Shown here: piece by piece, positions 58,504 through 64,000 of the stretch
Layout of the letters: the number at the start of each line of letters is the position of its first letter
Position numbering within the stretch: the stretch's first letter is position 1
Assembly: GCA_907165135.1 (NCBI GenBank)
Contig: OU015566.1
Span: 6,076,001-6,140,000, forward strand
DNA: 64,000 bases
Direction: 5' to 3'
DNA from: Oikopleura dioica
Lineage: Eukaryota > Animalia > Chordata
Notes under the pieces: generated by a model
What the model was told of the DNA's origin: nothing
Database searches by the model: none
Seen by the model: the letters and a program-made list of their open reading frames with translations, nothing else
Position numbers and translations under genes: made by a program

Positions 58504-60558
58504 ATGATTTCGCAAATAAATCGGATACAAGCGATATGGGGACTGATTCTCTTCATTTTGTAAGCGCCTCTTTAAGTTACTAATTGATTCATAATGGCGA
58601 TTCTAGTCTTGTTCTGGCTGTTGTTCTTCCAACGACGCTGATCCCCCGACAAAAAGATAAACTCCAGTGCGAAAATAGCGAGAATGGAAAAGCCCGGGCA
58701 GTTTCTTTGGACAAAAGGCCATTGGGGGACGCAATCAGTTACTGCTCTGATTGCGAAGGGTTCAACTCTTATATATGTGGGGGGAGACTTCCCGAGGTAA
58801 TCTTGGGATAAAAGTAGGGACTATAAAAGATTACTAGATCGAATCGGATGAGTACTGGAATGGGTGCGTCAATAATGCAACTCCAGCAGGTAGAACAAAA
58901 TCAGATTGCAGCGACGTTGATGAACTCAAGTACTTCATTTGCGAGTATGATTTCAACTGTGACGAATGGAAGCTTCTGTTCAAGTAAGATCGAGATAAGC
59001 ATACAGGTGAACGAGTCTAAAATATCAACGTTAAGTTTCAACGAGACAACAAGTACAACATCCTCTACTCCCACAATAACCTCAGTCGAAGGCTTGCCGG
59101 AGTGGATTGAGCCTTCTTTTGACTAGCTAGCTCATACTTTTACGTCTCTGATCTGAAAGCTAGAAAAGAGAGGATAATTGATTCCTGTAAGCCTTCTCCT
59201 CCGCATCTTCTTCAACCACTAGCTCAACTACAACGACGACAACAAAGTCAACTACGATGACAACAACGACGACGACTACATCAACGACAACAACAATAAC
59301 GACAACTCCAGCGACGACAACGACAGCGTCGACAACACCAACAACAACAACAACGACTACTACTTCTACTACAACTACCACAGCAAGTACCACAACAACA
59401 ACTACAACTACTTCTTCTACAACTACGACTACAGACAAAAGACAACCGGTAAAATTCTTCTTGCTTACTTCGATCGACTTCACTATTACAATAATCATAA
59501 AATTTGAACTTAGAGCGGCGTCAATATTATGCTTCTCGCCCCGACTTTAACGCAATCACACGTCATTTCTGGCGATGGACTGAAGAAATCAACTCCAGTC
59601 ATCAGTGCGCCATCTGAAAACTACGCTCAAAATAGCATTTTTGCCGTTGTTAAGGGAGTATTTTTCATTTTCGGAGGAGAATCTGATGATAAAAAGGTCA
59701 TTTTTGTGAAAATATTAAATTATCGAAGACAATTATTAAAGATAGCAAGACTAAGTGGGTGTAGCCTGGTTGACACTGGCTTGAAAACAGGAGGAAGATA
59801 TAATTCTGGATCGACTTCTTCCGCAATCGAAATCAATAACGGGGAGCAAGGTTTAAATTCGATCATTTCATTGTTCCAATATTTTAAGCTTTACTTTGCT
59901 TCGATGTTGAATCTTCAAAAGACTGCGAAATTTTTGATACAACCAGTATCGCATCGACACATTCAACCCAGTTCACGCATCAGAGAGGATCTCTTGGCTA
60001 CTACCTCGGCCAGCCAACGACTGTAGGAAGCGTTCAAAGTGACGGACAGAACAAAGTCGAAACCTTCTCAGCTACAGGGTGGACGAGCTTGCCTGATAGC
60101 CCGAGGTAGACTACAAAATAATTCAGTCGTTATTCTGCTATAGAAATACTCACAACAACTGTTTGGTTGGCTTAGAAAGTGGAGCGATGCTAATGCTCGG
60201 CGGCTATCGTTACGATGGTTTTAAAACTCTCGTTCGAGGTATTTGGCGATTGAAAGAAGGAAGTTGGTCGAAAGTAGGAAGCCTTCCAGAAGTAAGACGA
60301 TAAATTTAGAAAAAGACTTTATCATCATTAATTAAGCGTTCTTCTCGAGTCTCCTTCATGAAATTTGGCAATTTCATCTACCTCTTTAATGGCGCCGGGA
60401 CTGCTTCAAACAATAAATATCCTGAGCAGCGAGTAGAAATCCTCGACGACGAAGTTGTTGCAACTGAAGTTATCGGCCACCACACTTTCTCTTCTAGTTT
60501 TCCCGTGCTCGTTGAAGTCTCTGCTGACTTCTGTGCCCCCGAAAGTGTATTCTTTTAA
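58504..60558 (+). CDS. Membrane-anchored protein: C-type-lectin-like domain, Thr-rich mucin stalk and Kelch-like beta-propeller region
   Basis: N-terminal hydrophobic segment; ...AISYC...GGRLP..., KYFICEY; poly-Thr at 59220-59430; Kelch-like motifs FFIFGG, MLMLGGY, WSKVGSL, IYLFNG. Confidence 0.7.
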
Positions 60559-60684
60559 TTTTCATGCTAAAGCTACTCTGACTTCTCCTGACTTGCATAA
60601 AAACGATTAAAAACTTTCAAAAATAAATAATATGTCACTGATTTTCGTTGTCAGGATTGATTGAATTTCTTTCAGAAGGATCGG

Positions 60685-62800
60685 TTAAATTTTCGGTTTT
60701 ATCATTTTTTCTTGACTTTCTTCTTCTTCATTGTTGTCGCCATTGCTTGTCAGGCAGCAGTAAGATTTGAGTTTGATGAGCGAGAGAGGCGGCAAATTGG
60801 AGAAAATACCGGTGGAAATAAGAGTTGATGCAGCGATGATTCCAAGAGTAAAATACATGATGAAGAATTCACTTTTGAGCATGCACTCTGCTCTGAAAGG
60901 ATGAACAATCATCTGGTAGCTTCTGAAGTCGGATTCATGTAGCTTTTCTTCGAAGCAATTTCCTTCAATTTTGACTCGGTCTTTCAAAATCTGGAAAAAT
61001 ATTGAAACGTCGAATTTAATATTCTCTTACTGATAAGGAGCTGTCATCCACCCGTGCGCAAATGCTGTTGTTTATTTTGTTTTCCTGGTTGACTTGATCG
61101 ATGCAGAAGTCGATGATTAAATCGTTGAGAGAAATCATCAACGCGCATAAAACTTAAAAATAAAAAGTGGTTTTGACAAATTTCTTACTTAATGACAATT
61201 GAGTGATACCAAGCAAGATAGTCAATATTCCCTGAGCTACTGGGGCGCAAAAATATTCGGCTGCCTTTTGCTCAATAATTTTTTGATTTTCGGCGAAGTC
61301 GATGTTTTCCTTCACGCAGCCGGTCTTCAACAAAATGTTCAGTACCAGCATCATCATTTTGATAATCGTGGGTAGGTAGGTAATGAATGAGCAAAGGGGA
61401 GATATACAGGAGATGTATAGGTAGATTTCGATACAGGACCTGGGTTCGGCAACCTGTATAGAAAACCTGAGTCAGGGTTTTAAAAAGACGCGAGAATTTT
61501 GATTTTCAGACCCTGACTCAGGTAATCCAAAAGGTTGACGAGCCCATCACAGGACTTCCATGAACTAGAGTAACTCAGCTAGATTCTGAATTGATATTGC
61601 GAAAAAACTTACCAAGAAATCTTGAAAAGTAAAAATAAACAAGCATTACTTCGAAGGCCTTGAGAAAAAAGCTATCAAGAATTTTATGCTCGACAATTAA
61701 TTTGAATATTTTCGTCAACATCCTTCTCTCTCCGCTTCTCTCCGTTCTCATGAGCAGGAAAATCGTTATCATATGGCTAAGAAGCTTCAACGAGGCACAA
61801 ATTATCAGCGAAATCGAGACCCAATGAACAGGGTCAACTGCGAGGGTGGAACCAGTGTTGTACTCGTACCAGACAAAAACTGGGGGAAGAATTTCGATTA
61901 TTGGAATTAGCGCAAAAATCAAAGATGAAAATATGGACAGCTTTCCGTTGAATTTTGAGTTGACGATGACAAATGCCAAACTACAAGAAATAGTCGCGAT
62001 GAGAAAACACTGTTGAGTCCAAAAGTAAAAGGTTGTGTCGGGATCATATGGAATCATTTTGATTAGATTCAGTCTGTATCGCATTCTTTCCTCGGTCTCC
62101 TTTGCAAAAGATTTCTTGTCAAATATCGTTTTTGTAACTAGCCGTACAGTGAGCATGACAATGTTCATTTCTTGCTCATCAGAAATACTCTCTTCGGATG
62201 ATTCTCTCCGTTTCATGATTCGTCCATTTTCTCGTCCGAAGTAGCTTCTGCAGTTTCCATCAATTACTTCCCTATCACTTTGACCGTTACCATAAAAATC
62301 ACATATATTCGCCGCTTCATCATCAGTCACATTTATTTGCGCCGTTGTTTGGGAAGACGAATCCATGAACAAAAGTTCATCCCCGATTCCAAATTTGAAC
62401 TTCAGTATTGACTTCAATTCTTCTTCAAACTTTCAATCGGATATATATTTTAGAATAAAAATTCGAATTTACCCAACTGACTTCAATTTCTTCAGCTTGC
62501 CAGACAGTCTGAAATCGTGAAAGAACTCTGTTCATTCTCTCTGCTCTTGAGTCCGCTTGGAATGACCGAGCTAGAAGCAACAAAAGTAAAAATCGCATGA
62601 CTTCACTTGATTCTCTAAAAATGAGAATGACAGCTGACGAAACTCCAATTTGTTGAAGGTGTGTAGGCCGGTTACTCTACTGCCCTGATTTTCAAAAGCT
62701 GCAGCCGGAAATTCAGCGTTTCGATGACAATTGAAGTCTTGTTTGAATGATAACAACTTAATTATTCGGAACAAACCGAGTTGAAAGAGACCGATGAACA
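60685..62800 (-). CDS. Multi-pass membrane protein of unknown family (multi-exon, 5' end uncertain)
   Basis: ORFs 62571-62801, 61575-62417, 61154-61357 and 60685-60987 contain several hydrophobic segments and can be joined through short introns. Confidence 0.55.
61440..61547. mobile_element. Short copy of the CTGGGCTCGGCAACC MITE family
   Basis: Arms CTGGGTTCGGCAACC / GGTTGACGAGCCCAT; TSD TACAGGAC (61432-61439) / CACAGGAC (61548-61555), 7/8 match. Confidence 0.82.
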
Positions 62801-62950
62801 ATGATTTCAGAGAGAACTTTTCTTGATTATATATTATAATTTATAATAAAAAATCAGCATCGAATAAATTTCTGTCAAGGCTCAATTTTAAAATATATTC
62901 TTAATTATTTTCTTTTATTATCCGTCAATATATATAAAAACTTGCACCGT

Positions 62951-63460
62951 TCATACGAATAACAGTTGCACAGAATTATTTCTAAACCAAGAAAGCGCAG
63001 AATCTTTCCACGAAGGAACGAGTTTAACAGTATTTGCCGCGTGAACCATAAACAGTAAATATGCCTGACTCTCTGGAGCGAGTTCTTTTCCAAGCTCAAG
63101 GACTTTGTTCAGAGGATCAGTGTTTGAGGAACAGCTTTTCATCGCCAATTCAAAGTCGTTGAAAACAGGCTCGAACTTTTCATCCTCAGTGATTTTTTTC
63201 AACCCGGAAACAATATCGTTTATTGCGTTTTCTCTTGAATTTTGTTGATCCGGACCGTCTGTGACGGAAATCCCCATCTTTCCTCTTTCCTTTCTTTTCG
63301 GCTTTTTCTTTGTTTTCTTTTTCGTTTTTATTTTGCCGCAGAAAAAGTTCGGCAGGCAGCTCTTTTTTCCATTCTCTTTGAGAAGCTCAGTTATAGTCTC
63401 TTCAGTATCAGGTGCCTCGCTCATCAGAAGCTCTTCAAAAAGTTCAGCTGACGATTTCAT
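62951..63460 (-). CDS. Hypothetical protein (169 aa) with a Lys-rich, NLS-like segment
   Basis: ATG-initiated ORF with protein-like composition; no recognised domain. Confidence 0.45.
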   Translation of the reverse strand: MKSSAELFEELLMSEAPDTEETITELLKENGKKSCLPNFFCGKIKTKKKTKKKPKRKERGKMGISVTDGPDQQNSRENAINDIVSGLKKITEDEKFEPVFNDFELAMKSCSSNTDPLNKVLELGKELAPESQAYLLFMVHAANTVKLVPSWKDSALSWFRNNSVQLLFV

Positions 63461-64000
63461 GCGCGTTTTTCTCTTTCAATAATTTTGCTATTGAGTAAGT
63501 CTTGTTACTGAGTCTTGTGATCTACGACTGTAACTTATTTCCAAGCGTGTTTTTTGTGTGTTTAATTACGCACGAGACTCGATGGAAAAAAATCCACACG
63601 CTCTTGTCACGGTTTTTCTTCATAAAGTCAAACAAGTCTTCAAACGAGGCCTTTACAATTGAACAAGTCGTTTCTTCAGCCTCTTCTGAAGAACATGAGC
63701 GTTAAAATAGATATTATTTATTTACAAGTTCCTTTTTGCATTTGTGCAAGAAGAAAGAACTTTCAGCAGAAGAAAAGAAGCATTTATCCAAAGTAATTAT
63801 GCAAAGGCTTCTTTGCAAGCTCTTGGCTCACTCGTTCTTCTTCTCTTCTTCGCAATTCGCGCAAAAGCACTAGAAGAGATTAGAGAAATTTTGAACAGGA
63901 AACTGGCTTACTTTTGATGGCTGAGCTTTCACTTTCGGATCCAGATAAGACCTGCTGGCCGACGGTTGGAGGCAAATGGCTGGGGTCGGCAACTCAACTC

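Noticed and set aside
59160-59498. Poly-Val membrane protein ORF
   Set aside because: Antisense of the Thr-rich mucin exon.
63480-64000. Partial minus-strand gene at the window end
   Set aside because: Exon-like pieces are present, but I could not build a consistent reading frame.
1-64000. rRNA, tRNA, snRNA or SL RNA genes
   Set aside because: None recognised by eye; a tRNAscan or Infernal run would be needed to exclude them.

Overview
Eukaryotic DNA, most likely from the appendicularian tunicate Oikopleura (inferred from dense genes, 40-60 bp introns, GA-AG/GG-AG introns, Ty3/gypsy elements and lineage-typical secreted families). The window holds: two gypsy LTR retrotransposons; three large paralogous secreted genes built from arrays of LamG/ConA-like repeats (probable house/extracellular matrix proteins); an ARID3/dead-ringer gene; a divergent protein kinase; a TRPM-like channel; EF-hand, Cys-rich, Ly6/uPAR and lectin-mucin-Kelch-like genes; and many non-autonomous DNA transposons (8-bp, TA and TTAA target duplications). 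Strongest signals: (1) a palindromic MITE family with 8-bp TSD, found twice inside apparent coding sequence, whose ends supply splice sites, giving either exact removal or an in-frame 39-nt remnant (candidate Introner-like intron-gain system); (2) a gypsy element flanked by a ~249-bp duplication with microhomology junctions that duplicated exon 1 and the core promoter of a lectin-array gene; (3) mosaic repeat shuffling and shared cis-elements among the three lectin-array paralogs; (4) a TRPM-like channel with an unusually long S3-S4 loop, also split by a 2.3-kb hAT-type element carrying a hairpin minisatellite. All splice models were made by eye and need RNA data.
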